64,000 nt of DNA from NCBI GenBank assembly GCA_951406725.2, contig OX597816.1, forward strand, positions 103,354,001-103,418,000, read 5' to 3'. The position numbers were made by a program, and so were the translations under genes. Every line of letters starts with the position of its first letter. The first letter of the stretch is position 1. The notes under the pieces were generated by a model. That model had not been told where the DNA came from. It saw nothing but the letters and a program-made list of their open reading frames with translations, and searched no databases. The stretch is from Octopus vulgaris. Taxonomy: Eukaryota. Below are positions 13,455-28,643 of the stretch, one piece after another.

Positions 13455-13492
<38 letters not shown>

Positions 13493-14126
13493 TGTGTGTG
13501 TGAGTGTGTGCGTGTGATTGTTATCTCATGCTCAGACAAATTGCTGAAAACAGGAAGAAGAGGAAATGTATATCAGATCATAAGCAAAAGATAAACAACA
13601 ACGAAAACACACCCGACCAAAAAGGACGAGGAAACACGCAGATACACACACACACACACACACACACACATAAACATACACACACATGCAAACACATAGA
13701 TATACACATACATACATACATACATACATACATACATACATACATACATACATACATACATACATACATGCATGCATACTATTAAAAATTACGCGCGAAA
13801 TTGTTTTCAGTGTATTTGTACATCAGAAGTATAGTTAACTAATAAAGCTCTTATTGTAACTGAGACTACTATTTTGTCGTATAAAGGGGAACAAAGAGAC
13901 GGATGGAATTGGGAATATTACGAATCAAACAATATGATAAATAATGAATATATTATGTCATACATATATCAAAGAATTATGCAATATATATTGATATAAT
14001 ATTTACGATATGTATAAAAGATAAACAATCGGCTAGATATTAAATATAAATATATGATGCATGATATATAGTACGTACTAATACATGCATGACTACACAC
14101 ACACACACACATACACACACAACTAT

Positions 14127-14464
14127 CTGGTAAGAAGTTTGCTTGCCAAGCACATAGTTCTGGGTTCGGTCCCACTACGTGGCATCTTGGGTTAGTGCCT
14201 TCTACAATAATCCCGGGCCGACCAAAAAGCCTTGTGAGCAGATTTGGATTTTGTCTGCGTGTTTGCTCCCACCCACAGCTCACCCTCCCCTACCGCTTGA
14301 CAACCGGTGGTGGTTTGTTTATGTTCTCTTTACTTAACGGTCCTGCCAAATAGACCTATAGGAATAAGTATCATGTTTAGAACAAATATATACTGGAAGC
14401 GATTTTGAAGGCGGTGCTCCAGCATGACAGCAGTCTAGTGACTGAAACGAGTAAAAATTAAAAG
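14127..14464 (+). mobile_element. SINE family A, degenerate
   Basis: ggtaagaagtttgcttgcc...gggccgaccaaaagccttgtgag...ggcggtgctccagcatg...tgactgaaac. Confidence 0.8.
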
Positions 14465-14899
14465 ACACACACACATACACACACACACACACAATCGTAT
14501 ATGCATATACACATTATATGTGTGCGGGTATTACATAAGGTTTGGATATAATGTAATATATAAAACGTTAATAAAGCATTGCACCTACAACTCTTAGCGT
14601 CTAACACACACGCACATATGTGTGTATGCACACACAACGTGTGGATTTGTGTACTCAGATTTCAACATAGGAGGGAAAAAAATATATTTGAATGAATGAA
14701 TAAATAAATAAAAGTTCGTTCCGATTTATTTATTTATTAATTTAAAAAATACAAAAACAGGAAGAAATTAAAAGAAAATATCGAATTCAACGATAGAGTA
14801 GTAAAAAGGCGTTAAATGAACAGCACGTACGATGGAAATATTAGTATTTAAAGAACTGGATGTGTCTGTGCAAGCAGTATTTGTTTTGCATCTGTTGAG

Positions 14900-15232
14900 C
14901 GCACAGGAGAGAGGTGAAGAGCGAAAGACATTTGAATAACATGCCTCCTACTCATGCTGACTGACCGGTTACCAAATACGCTTTTTTCTCTTCTTTCTCC
15001 CGTCTTATCGTCTTCTTTTTGCCTCTCCCATCTTTCTGCATACTAAATTATATAAATACATATATATTTATTTATCTATTTATGTGTGCGTATATGTATG
15101 TGTGTATGTATACACACGAAATTTTACTAACACCTACAGAGTTAGATTTCCTTTGGACAAAAAACATTTGTAAATATTACGACCTAGACCTGGACTGTAT
15201 ATGCTGAAGTTGGCTGGACCGGACTGAAATAG
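14900..15232 (+). other. Candidate non-coding (5' UTR) exon; left boundary unknown
   Basis: Unique sequence ending in a good donor AG|GTAAGC at 15232/15233. The coding exon at 44482 begins at an acceptor one base before ATG, so an upstream UTR exon is expected somewhere. Confidence 0.25.
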
Positions 15233-15252
15233 GTAAGCGACCGCTCTGCACT

Positions 15253-15337
<85 letters not shown>

Positions 15338-15339
15338 GT

Positions 15340-15404
<65 letters not shown>

Positions 15405-15480
15405 TTATCTGTTTATCTATTTATCTGTTTATCTATCTATCTATCTATCTATCTGTTTATCTGTCTGTCTATCTATCTAT
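15253..15480. repeat. (TCTG)n/(TCTA)n microsatellite
   Basis: Direct reading. Confidence 0.95.
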
Positions 15481-16037
15481 CGGTCGATCGATCTATATCA
15501 TATGTGTGTGTGCGTATTTACCTCTTTTGTTTGTTTAGTCACCGCAATCAAAGCCATGCTGGAGCACCGCCTTCAAATGCGTGTGCACTTGCGTATTTAC
15601 GTATTTAGGCATGTACGAGTGTGCAACGAATATATATGCATACGCTTGCACATGCATGTGGTTAAGATGTTTGATTCTTAACCATGATAATCTAAGTACA
15701 ATTCCAGAATTTGGTGGAGCCTCATACCTCACTTTTGGGTCAGTCGCAGACTCAAGAATGAGATTTATTCGGCGGGAAAATGGCTTGAAGTTTCTCGATG
15801 CACCTGCATTTCGAAAGAAGAACCTTGTCTTCGTATTTGACAAACTGATTCTATTTAAGGATCACATTCGGGATACAAGTGTCTATCGAAACCTCGACCA
15901 TTGAATGTAGTTGTTCATTCGATCGAACCGTTGTAATACTCAACATCGATATCTATAAAGATCCATTTTTATGAGCGAATATGTCAATATGTGTATGTAT
16001 CTCCCTCTTTCTCTCCCTTTCTCTCTCTTACCTCTTT

Positions 16038-16075
<38 letters not shown>

Positions 16076-16181
16076 TATAAACATGTACACAGTTGTTAAC
16101 ATACATACATATATATAATAATCTCATGCATACGCACATGCGTGTATTTATATATATATGAGATGCATATGTATATACATA

Positions 16182-16230
<49 letters not shown>

Positions 16231-16351
16231 GTGTGTGTGTGTGTGTGCGTGTTCGAGCGTACCCACATTTACACACACATACACACAAAATTTAAGTAAC
16301 TTTATCCAAAAGTCTGTTGAACATGCTAACAGTGACTATGGGACAGTTTTC

Positions 16352-16406
<55 letters not shown>

Positions 16407-16818
16407 ACTCTTCCTCTTTTTTAACCTTCCCTCATTGGTTCTGTTTATATCGGCGGTTCCTAAATACGCAAATAACTCTTTGTGCATGCTGTTGTTTACT
16501 CCCAGATCAGCTCCAACCGAGCAGGTTTATGATGAAAGACATTCCACTAATCACTACCTAACCTTTCGGAATAACTAAAACTACACTATCTAATGGATAC
16601 TTCGACAGTAGTATGTAGTTTGAGGGAAATAAATTTAGTAGCTGTTTCTGCTAAATCGAGAGACAATGAAGAGACTTGCTTGTATATTTATTGCAACTGG
16701 TGTTTGTTAGGGAGTACACAGTGTTTGTTGAGGATACTGTTGTATGATGCGCAGGTGCGGGTCTGTAACCATAGATTAATAAATGCGTTTTACATTTGCT
16801 TTATTTTTTAAAACTTCA

Positions 16819-16980
16819 GGCGCAGGAGTGGCTGTGTGGTAAGTAGCTTGCTTACCAACCATATGGTTCTGGGTTCAGTCCCACTGCGTGGCATCTTGGG
16901 CAAGTGTCTTCTGTTATAGCCCCGGGCCGACCAATGCCTTGTGAGTGGATTTGGTAGACGGAAACTGAAAGAAGCCTGCC

Positions 16981-17054
<74 letters not shown>

Positions 17055-17291
17055 ATATATATGTATGTGTGTGTATATGTTTGTGTGTCTGTGTTTGTCC
17101 CCCTCGCATTGCTTGGCAACCGATGCTGGTGTGTTTACGTCCCCGTCACTTAGCGGTTCGGCAAAAGAGACCGATAGAATAAGTACTGGGCTTACAAAGA
17201 ATAAGTCCCGGTGTCGATTTGCTCGACTAAAGGCGGTGCTCCAGCATGGTCGCAGTCAAATGACTGAAACAAGTAAAAGAGTAAAAAGAGT
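16819..17291 (+). mobile_element. Full-length SINE family A with internal (TA)n(TG)n
   Basis: Head ggcgcaggagtggctgtgtggtaag, B-box-like ggttcagtccc, tail tgactgaaacaagtaaaagagtaaaaagag. Confidence 0.92.
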
Positions 17292-17721
17292 AAACTACTG
17301 TATGTAGAAGACAGAAAACATACCTAGGTATTGCACACATGCATCTAAGTATTGTACGAATGCAGATATTCTCACACACAAACGTAATAAATGCTTACAC
17401 ACACAAACACAAGCATACGCATGGAATTTCACATACATATACACATCTACACATATACACCTAGTTATGTACAACATACACGCAGTCATACATACAAATA
17501 TATATACTTACATACAAAGAAACATACATACATACACATGCGTACATAAGAACATACTTACATGTGCATACACATGCATACACACACACATACAAACATA
17601 CAAACAAATAATTATACAAACACATACATACAAAATGTACAGACATATAAATTTTGTGATAGTTTGTAACCAAAAAGGGAAAACAGTCCTCATTCCATGA
17701 TAAACGTTTGTATAGGTATTT

Positions 17722-17957
17722 ATTTCTTATTTCTTTATTGCCCACATGGGGCTAAACATAAAGGGGACAAACAAGGACAGACAAAGGGATTAAGTCGAAT
17801 ACATCGACCCCAGTGCGTAAATGGTACTTAATTTATCGACTCTGAAGGGATGAAGGCAAAGTTGGCCTCGGCGGAATTTGAACTCAGAACGTAAAAGCAG
17901 ACGAAATACCGCTAACCATTTCGCCCGGCGTGCTAACGTTTCTACCAGCTCACCGCC
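17722..17957 (-). mobile_element. SINE family B monomer with ~15-bp TSD
   Basis: Reverse complement of family B; flanks tttgtataggtattt (17707-21) and tttgtatagttattt (17960-74). Confidence 0.88.
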
Positions 17958-18263
17958 TTTTTGTATAGTTATTTCTATTAAGGATTAGGCTGGTCTCGAA
18001 ATTACAAAAGTCCTTCAGATGGATTGCAACTCTAATTCAAAGATGCAGTCTTGTCACATATTTTCTCGATGATTTTGTCAGAGGGTTTCATTAAGGGCAC
18101 AACGTATCTGCGGAATTTCAATGAGCAGGTGATTAGCGTGACCAAACAATGGAATACTCGTCGTCGAAACTGACGGAAATCCATAAAGTACTACCTGTAC
18201 GTGTGTACACGCGTGCGCGCGTCTATGTGTGTGCATGTGTGCATACGCTTGTCTGTCTGTCCG

Positions 18264-18338
<75 letters not shown>

Positions 18339-18951
18339 GCATGCTTACGCTTATGTTTATGTACAGAAGTCTTATTACTATGTACATGCATGTGTGTTTG
18401 TGTGTGAGTGTGTGTACTTGCGTGTGTATACACTCACATACACACATACCTCCCCATAAACATGTATATGAATATATTTGCATAAACATATATGTATTTA
18501 CACATGTCTCTCATCAGGCTACACATTTGCCCCGTCTTCTCGTCACCTGCAACTTGTGTGCTCCAAGGCATGTTTATATATGTGCAATAAAGACTTACTT
18601 GCCGTCATTTAAAACGACGTACCTTTCAATGTAGAATAAACCCTCATCACTCTTGCTTAAACCTCTGTACATAGGCGCCAAACATGCTTCCTAGACGCAT
18701 CCTACTAGAACATGTGCAAGCACGTAAACATCCCTTAATGAAATATCAGCTGCACCATTGATAGATCAAAGAAGACATTCACTGCAATTGCTAGGTAACT
18801 GACCTCCTTTATTCACGACTAAAAAAGTCTGTAACCACCAAAGTGGTTTACAAACGCTTGATTTTAAAACTTTCGAGTATCTCTTGTAGACACCTCATTA
18901 ATGAAACATCGCGAGAGCTTCTTCCCCCAACTTTGTCTATCACTTCAGAAT

Positions 18952-19214
18952 ATATATATAAAAAAAATGCGCCCTTTTAAAGCCTAGCCAGGCTCATGGG
19001 CCCCGCTTCCCGGTTTCTATGGCGTATGTGTTCCCCAGCTGGACGGGACGCCAGTCCATCGCAGCGTTACTCATTTTTGCCAGCTGAGTGGACTGGAGCA
19101 ACGTGAAATGAAGTGTTTTACTCAAGAACACAACGCGTCGCCCGGTCCAGGAATCAAAACCACAATCTTACGATCATGTTGCTGACACCCTAACCACTAA
19201 GCCACGCGCCTCCA
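18952..19214 (-). mobile_element. tRNA-derived SINE family C2 with 11-bp TSD
   Basis: Minus strand reads ggaggcgcgtggcttagtggttaggg...ttgattcctggaccgggcg; TSD CACTTCAGAAT at 18941-51 and 19215-25. Confidence 0.9.
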
Positions 19215-19983
19215 CACTTCAGAATGTACTTGAGCCATAATCAGATGCCGAGTTTATACGACACTCAAATTAGATCGGCTACAGCAGGTATATTTATTAC
19301 ATTTAAACATTCGTAGATAGTATTTGACAGAGAAAATAAAAATCCATTAGACAGACAGGCAAAAATGAGCAACACGGATATACTCTTACAGATGTACACA
19401 CAACCCCACTTTTCTCCTCCCTATAATGCATGCACATCTTCCTCCTAACTCCTATTCCCTTTCTCCAAACACCTTTTCTCATTGATTTTCTTTCTTTTTT
19501 ATTTGTATCTCAGTCTGTCTTCTGATGAAGGACCTGCATCCGAAAAGTCAAGTGTCTTTCCCTTCATTTCAATCATTAAACTAAGGACATATTCGTTAAA
19601 ACCTGTCCCTCCCTACTGCCTTCTTTATAATATTTACAGAATATTTCATACACACACGCACACATGCATACACACACATATATATATATGTGTGTGTATG
19701 TGTGTGTGTGTGTATATACAAAGAGAGAGAGGGGGGATGGAGATAGATAGACAGAGAATGAGTGAGTGAGTGGGTGAGTGCAACATGTGCTCAAATGAAA
19801 GGGAGCTTAAAGTCAAACCGTTATCTATGGTCAGTGCTTTGGTATCGAAAGTGGCTATATGATGCTACAAAATAAAGATATTTAAAAATGATATAATTAA
19901 ATATCATTTAAATTCTAGAGATTTTTGTAAGACCCCTGTATATATGTATAGGTGTACATATGTATGTATTTATATATATATAT

Positions 19984-20077
<94 letters not shown>

Positions 20078-21986
20078 CCGTGCGTGCGTATCAATAGTTT
20101 TGCTTTGTGTGTATGAAGGTTTTTTTGAAACTGTTTCATATATTTGTATAAGAATTAAAGCACTCAGGGCGAGAAAAGGTGAGGAAATTTTATGGAATAT
20201 CTCTTACTCAGGAAATCTCTTGCTGGGATTTATGTCTTTGGTATATTTCTGGCTTATGTATTTCATTCAGCTTGGTTAATGTAAAAAAGAAAAAGCTTCC
20301 AGCTGATCAAGCGTACCATCCAGTTTCGATATCCGGTAATATTTGCAGCAAGTTTGTATATGCTACGTTGCTAGTGTATTTGAACAAAATGGCGTAAAAG
20401 AAAATCACATGGTTTCATTCAACCACTCCAGCCTTATATTAAATCTTGTGTTCAAAGAAGGGACTGTTGAGTGTGGTTGTTTTTATCATAATGTCAGTCT
20501 AAATGTATTCATTCGCAAATGAATTATATATAAGGATATTCTTATTGTACATTCAATTCTGTCCTACAATCGAAAAGGGTTTTGAACCTAATGTTAACTC
20601 AAACGTTAAAGTATGAACACAAAAAGAAATAGTTTTTCCACATATGGTGAAATATGAGGATGTACTATTAATTTAAATAGCCTGCTCGAATATTTACTCA
20701 AATTTATCTAAAATAACCAAGATTTATTGTCAGTATTTGAATATATTTTCTTGCACTAGCTATCGTATCCAACAATATGAGAAAGAAACTGTTGCTATTC
20801 CTATGCTCTTGATGATCGTATTTCTATTGGACCATGTTTATTGAGTAATTGAACAAACAAGAAGAATGAAAACAGTGGCACCTAATTTCCCAGTGGTGAG
20901 ACAACTTGAATAAGATGTTTAGAAACCGATGTGTCGTTTGCAGATACATAAAATAGCGCCAGAAAATTGTAAACATGACAAAGTCAAATATGTTAATTGA
21001 TGGAGGGCAGAACATAGCTAAGGATTTGACGGGCTTTATAAGATCTCAAATATAATACAATATTTACTGTGTACTTAAAAAAGGTTAATGCTTCCATACA
21101 GGAAAAACATTACGATAATGTTATCAGTTTTTTAACCGATCAGATTCTATATATTACTCGTATCATTTGTATCAGAGTCTAAATATTTTCACATCAGAAA
21201 TATTGATGTATCGGAACTTTAGACGTTCTATTGACTATTTTAAGACACGAATAATGTGGAAATTTTGAAATAGATTTAACATTAACCTGGATGGTAAATG
21301 GTATCATCCCATCACAATACACATCTAAGTATATACATATGTGTATGTATGCATGACTGTATCAATATATATATATATATATATGAATATTATCACAAAC
21401 ACTTAGATACAAGCATACGCATACACTAGGTCTGTTTAACAATCTCACCTCTTCTTTCAACCAAATATAGATATGATATTTGGATATATCGATATAATAT
21501 AACAGTATATCAATATTGTGTAATGAAAACATTCCACCTAATCGATGTAGAATTATTACTTTATCGCAATCTCTCCCAAGAATTTAGTTTGCAGGAACTG
21601 TTTTGGCTATTCATAATCCTTACATCAATTCCTGTTAAGATCGATTTAGTCTTTTATCGTTTTAGGTAAAGCCATTAATTTATTATTATTGTTATTGTTG
21701 TTGCTGTTGTTGTTGTTGTTGTTATTATGCATACATTCATATGTATGTATCTGTTATCTCTCTTTGTCTACCTATGTGTGTGTCTAGTTACATCCAGTCA
21801 CACACAGGCACACAGACACACAGGTACACAGGCACACAGGCATACACACACACACACACACACACAGATAAACATATGTATGTTTTCACATCCATAGTTA
21901 TCTATGAGAGAGGGAGAAATATAAGTATATCAAATACCATAGAACATAAATTTTTGATAATACAGTTCTATATCTTTATATGTTTT

Positions 21987-22024
<38 letters not shown>

Positions 22025-22159
22025 TTTATATATATATGTGTGTGTATTTGTACGTATGTTTACAAACAAGATGAGGACAAATATCCGTCAAATATAAATA
22101 ACGTAAATGATATAAATTTTTGATTAATTCATTTTAATCCACTGCTAGAGCATGTATCA

Positions 22160-23287
22160 TATACGACTGTTCAAAGAAGACTGCAAAAGTAAATAGTAGC
22201 GACTTCTTTTGAAGAGGCACAACATTTGGCATCGTGGTTAGCCCCCAAGGAAATTCATACTGGCATGGTTGTTACAGCAGATGACGCTCTAATTTTATTA
22301 ACAGTGCAAAAGTGGGCAGCTGAATTTAGGAAGGGAAGGTGAGAGTCTTGAAGATGACTCAAGGTTTGGACGGCCTGAAACTGATACCACACAGGTAGAC
22401 TTTGATCGTGTTTACCACATGGTAATGGATGACATGCGATTGATTATAAATCAGATAGTCAATACTGTTAACATATTCCGTGAAAGAATTGAGAATATTC
22501 TGCGCAATGAACTTGGTATGACGAATGTTTCTGCTCGCGTGATGCCACATCTGACACCTGATCAAAAACGCACCAGGCTGATTACATCACGGGAAATCTG
22601 ATAGTGTTTGAGGAAGATTCAGGTTTCCTTGAACGTTATCTAAGCCATGATGCGTGTTGAATTCCTCACTTTGAGCCAGAGACAAAGAGACAATCTATGC
22701 AGTAGAAACATCCTTCCTCACTTGCTTCAGAGAAGGCCAAGTTCGTTTTATCTGCAAGGAAGGTGATTGTCTCAGTTTTCTTTTTTGAGGATGCAAAAGG
22801 CATTGTGTTTATTCACTATCTTCAAAAGGGCCACAGCATCAACGCCAACTTGCTGAAGCAATTACGAAAGGCTATCAAGACCAAACGACCACGAAAACTG
22901 ATGAAAGGGGTCTAGTTTCATCAGCACAATGTTGCAGCACACAAGCCGTCGGCTTCAATGCCTGGTGTGGGTGACTGTGGCTTTAAACAGGTTGATCACC
23001 CTTCCTGTTCTCTTGACTTAGCCCGAATTAGCTATCATCTGTTCCCCAAAATGAAAAACACTTAGCTGGGAACGATTAGCGCAGTAATGATGACGTCATA
23101 TCTGCTGTTGATGACTTTTTTTGAGCAACAGGATGAAAGTTTCTTCACCAATGGGACCCAAGCGCTGTAACACCAATGGAAGAAGTGTGCGGACCGCAAG
23201 ATGAACTATGTTGATAATAAACCTCATTTGATCACATTCCATGTGAGTATCTTGGTCAGCCTCTGAACTTTTCATTCATCATTCATA
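22160..23287 (+). mobile_element. Near full-length decayed mariner transposon (transposase pseudogene)
   Basis: Frames give TVQKWAAEFRKGR, SLEDDSRFGRP, ELGMTNVSARVMPHLTPDQK (cf. WVPRLL), HFEPETKRQSMQ, DAKGIVFIHYLQKG, FHQHN, HPSCSLDLARISYHLFPKMK (cf. YSPDLAPSD) and WKKC...NYV; multiple stops and frameshifts. Confidence 0.92.
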
Positions 23288-23426
23288 ATCACGGAATAAC
23301 CAATGAAAATATACGCGTTCGTTCGATGTGTTAAAAATAGCTGCCAAATCTCTCAAATCATATCATATAATTTAAAAAGAAATGGGAAAGGCAAAGTGAA
23401 TAATGTCCTCCTATATATGTATGTGC

Positions 23427-23472
<46 letters not shown>

Positions 23473-24827
23473 AATAACCGGATGGTCACGGCTGGAAACC
23501 GCTTTGATAATAGGTCTGCTCAATCTACGATGATGTAAAGCCAACAGCATCAACAACAACCAATCAAGCCAGCACTGCTAAAACCACGGAGTTTTGTTTA
23601 GAAAGACGAGGCATATGATATGTGACATGATGAATTTTTTGAGAACATTAACAGTTTAAACGTTCTAAACGATTCATTTGGGGAAAAATGACCAATGTAA
23701 ACCAATCAAGAAAAATTACCAAATGTAGAGAAAGTTTACATGAGATTATTTGTTAATTACGTTGCTGTATTCTAAAGCTTCTTAGAATTACGATTTTATA
23801 ACTGGTTCTTAATAATTTAACTTGTTCCACGATATTAGCATCGCATTATTCAGTACATTAGTAGGAATCCTAAAGTATGTGTGTGCGTATGCATACACAC
23901 ACATGATGACAATCTTGTAGAACCTGTTTTACCATTTATATATGCAGCGTTAAATAGTTCATTCTAGTATGGCATTACTTAGCAAATTTAGCATGGTATT
24001 GTGTTGCTAGTATTACTAATTATTTGATAGTTTGCATTGTATTAAGACATGGTCATAAGAAAATATTTTATACGCCTGTTTAGAAAACTATATTACGTAA
24101 CCGTAGAACAAACATATATTTGAAAAGGTTTCTGAAACTATCAACTAGCAGATTATCGATATTAATGTTATATTTGAACATGGTGTCTTTAGACATGCTG
24201 TATTTGGACAAGTGTATAACCTGCCCTTAAAACCATCATTTTATTTACTTAGCCCAGCTTTATAGATTAGTCATGTTTACTGTAAGTCGTTTCTCGCAAC
24301 ATAATGCTTGTCATATAAGGAAGCCCTCTCTAATCATGTAAATTGAGAGAGCGATGAGGTGGCAGAAGTGGTAAGGTGATGGACGAAATATTTTACAGAA
24401 TCTGGTTACGTTTTCTTCGTGGATTCAAACACAGTTCAGAATTTAACAAATTAGCTTCACAATCATAAAGATCTGCGTTTGATCCCATTAGGCGTTATAG
24501 TTGACGAAGCTATTGTCAAGGCATAGTCTCGGGTCAACCCAATCCTTCTGAGGGAAATTAGTTAGAAGGAAATTGCTTTAGAACTTTTCGGAAAGATTGC
24601 ACATGTAATTCAAAGGGTCTAGCCACGTTATAATTTGTTTCACTCTGATTCGGCTGAGTAGACGTGTGCGGAATACTCAACCATTACGCGTTAATATCAC
24701 AAGAAAACAGTTCGCTTGATCTAATAACTGAATGCTCATCACCGAAAATAATGGAGGAGCCAACATCGTCATTGAAGTTGGAGTCATAATCTTCATCGTT
24801 GTCATCATTGAATCATCATGGTCGTGG

Positions 24828-24860
<33 letters not shown>

Positions 24861-24967
24861 CTGGCAGCAGTAGCACTACTACCACCATTATCAACACATT
24901 TCTTTACACTCTAAATTGAACTTTTGTCGAGGTCAACTTTACTTTCCATGTTTACTTCTTTGATGAT

Positions 24968-25145
24968 GTCTCATGTAAAGCTTCTTTTGTGGTTCATGAA
25001 AAAGATTCCTTGCAGACTCATGTAAAGACTCTCTCATTTAATCGTATTGAGACTCATTTATTGAATCATTCAGACTCTCTGTTTGACTCATGTAGTAGTT
25101 TTCGTAAGTACTCATGTAGAGACTCTCTTATTGGCTCCTGTATAA
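24968..25145. repeat. Degenerate minisatellite built on gactcatgta(a/g)agactctct
   Basis: At least six irregular repeats of the ctcatgta/gactc motif. Confidence 0.6.
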
Positions 25146-26929
25146 ACACCCTTGTTTGCCTGAGTAATGGATCTCTTGTTGTCTTGCGAGATTTGATTTT
25201 AAAACTCTATGCGGAAATTAAATATTTTGCTCATTTTTGAAATACACGCAAAATTTTTTTTTATACTTAAAAATCAATGGTCTTTAAATGCTTTTAACGA
25301 GGACTGCTTTGCGCTGATTTATTGCCATGAAGAGAACGAGGTTAAATTTCCATCGATCAGGAGGCTGGTCTCCCACATCTAACTCTCAGATGATCAGATG
25401 GCATTTAAACATACTGGCAATCAGGTGAATTGAGACAGCTAAAATAAGAAAAAAGGTATTTTACCCAGAAACACAATGAAACACCTTCGATCGATTCGAA
25501 CTCACAATTTAGGTAATCCATTTGGTTCGTCTCTGCTGATAGAAGATTTTTTCCATCAAAATGTAAAAATCCTGAATGCTAAGATTCTATTTAAGGGTGC
25601 ATTACCGCTACATTTAGAAACCAGTGGATCACTGGAGAACTACTGAAAACTCCGTTTTCAATCATTTTAGTCACAAAAACACTGAAAGCCCCACCACTTG
25701 AATACTATCTTATCTGAGATACGTTACACGAGGAAATATTTATACCTTATGAATCGACTCAAAGTGATCATGAAAAAAAAATTAAGATACTCCTCAAACC
25801 AAGGGGTTCCAAAGCAAAGAATTATTATGATATCTCGTTGATGTGTGTTCTAACCTTGCCAGCCCATTTCGACATTCCTAAGTCGCTAAAATAGGTTCTA
25901 GCAAGGAGATAGAAACGATTCAATTTACATTTTCAAAAAATAAAGCCTTTCACCATGACTAAGCAGGTTTACACAAAGATGTGTATTTTTAAATAAAACA
26001 ACCTAAGAAAAAAACTTTTGTGAAAGAGAACCATGAATAGTAGGACATTCAATATAACTAATAAATTATATTTGCATTCTCCGATAAAGACCCCTGCCCA
26101 AAACGTCAGACTTTTCCTCTTCCCCAAGGCAAAATATCACCCCTCATTTTGTCGATTGTCTGTATTTAGTATTTACTGACACTGACTGACATCATTATAT
26201 AATCCCACATATAACAGGAGCGGATCCAGAATTAAACGTACATGGGAAGCGCAATTTAGGGACGTCGTAAAACTCATTAAAATTGAGATAGTTATTCATA
26301 TGCACTATAAAAACAAACATTTTTAAAGATTGTCTTTATCTCTAGCTGAACCTGCCGCAGTATAGGGAAATTAAAAGCTATGATTAACTGACAGACCAAC
26401 ACTTGTTAGTATTCTACTGCCGCACTTACTGATTTACAATTGGTTTGCTATTTTCACTTCAGTCAAGGCTGAGATTAAAATCATTGTTCTCTTTTTAATT
26501 TGTTAACTAAATGATCGGATATTGCCATGTCATTAAACACATTTATCATACGAAATGTGTGGGAAGAGTTAGCATATTGTAGCCCAATGTAAAATGTGAA
26601 AGTTGACACGGAGAAGCATCATATGATCATGCTAAAAGATGATGATGATAACGACGACGACGACGACGACGATGATAATGATCATGATGATGATTACAGA
26701 CGATACAAATTGGGATTTAGGAATAATAATGGTTTGTAACATGAGCGAAAAAACAACGCATTTCTATTGGGAGTGGAGGGGAATATTAGTATTAAATTGA
26801 CTTAAATAGCATATATTTTGTCAAGGCCAGGATCTAAAAGTAAGGTATTTTATCGAATGTTCAGTAAGGTCTGCCACAAGCCATGATGATAATTTCCTGA
26901 TGTTTGTTCCAGGGAAAACATTTTAAGAT

Positions 26930-27400
26930 AAGATGACTTCATTAAATCGACACCACTACTTGACTAGTACTCGAAAGGGTGAACGGCAAAGATGACCTCG
27001 GTGAATTTTGAACTCAGAAAAAATCGCTTGAGAAAATTTTGTCAGATTCTCTAACAATTCCGTTTATTCAGTGCCTTAATATAATTTCTTATTTAGGTAC
27101 AAATCCAGTAACTTTGAGGGTTCAGTCAATAAAATCGATCTCAATACAAATGGAAAATTTATTTTACCGACCCAGAAGAATAAGATTTTAGCTCAGAACA
27201 AAATCAGAAGAATACTCGTAATCTAACAGTTCCGCTTATTAACTGACCTACAGATCTAGTGGAACAGTCGATCAGATCAGTCTTAGCGCTTTACTAATAT
27301 ATTTTATTGACCTCTGTAGAAGAAATCTTAAAGTCAACCTTCACTATATTTGAACTTAATACCACCAGACCTTTTGTCCGGTTTTACACCGATTCTAATA
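26930..27400 (-). mobile_element. Cluster of old SINE family B fragments
   Basis: Repeated aatcgac...tact...gaaaggg..aa.ggcaaag.tgacctcggtg.attttgaactcagaa motifs in tandem. Confidence 0.6.
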
Positions 27401-27977
27401 TTTGCTACTCTACAATACTGTATATTTATCATGTGTCTAAAGGTGGATGTATCAAAATGAAAACTAAAGTAACAGTCTTTTTTTTTTTTTTTAGTTAATC
27501 ATTGAGTACAATTCAACCACTGTGAGTTGTCTGTAATTTGCAATATATCTTCATGTTTGCCTGCCTGTATGTCTGTCTGTTCTTTCCGTTTGCTCACTGA
27601 ATCTATGAACGCATAAACTGTACCGTATATTTTTCATATTTTTTCTTCTTCCGTTTGTTAATTTAAATATAAATGTATGTATATATGCATGTATGTATGT
27701 ACGTATGTATGTATGTACGTATGTATGTATGTATGTATGTATGTATGTATGTATGTATGTCCCTCCCTCCCTATTTCTTTCTCATACATACATACATGCA
27801 TACATGTCTAAGCGCTGTGTGTATATGTGTGTGTATATGTATGTATTCAGTTAGACCTGTGAAACGAATGGAGTTCTCTATAGGGACGTTCGCTCTCACA
27901 ATAAAGTATTTTACAAAATTTTGCAGTCTTAATTTGAACTATTGTTTTCCCAGACCTCCAGTGGGAATATTGTATCA

Positions 27978-28034
<57 letters not shown>

Positions 28035-28553
28035 ATGCATCTGTGTATGTACGTGAGTGTGCGTGCTTTGGATCTTTTTAAATTTGTTTTATAGTCGGAA
28101 TTAAGTTTAAATACTATTAGGTTTGATTTAGCCCTGTAGGTCTTTAACATCCTCTGTAGGTTGTTAACATAGGAAAACTTATTTACCGGCAGTAAATGAT
28201 TTTGAGGGCATTTGAGTCATACATACATACATACATTCATACATACATACATACATACATACATACATACATACATACATACATACATACATACATACGT
28301 GTATGCGTCTGAGATTGTACGGGCGTGTGTATGTGCGTGCGTTGTACTGTTGTTTTAAAAAAAAATAAATAAAAAGATAACTACAATAATTTCCTTACCA
28401 TTTTGCCTATGCTAATTTGAAGAGAACCAAAAAATAATCAATACTCTAAGACATTCTTACATAAATCATTCACTGTCTAGCTACACCGAATGTGTTTTTC
28501 AATGCATTGTATTAATATCATGTTCTGATGAATAGGTACAATATTGGTAAAAT

Positions 28554-28643
<90 letters not shown>

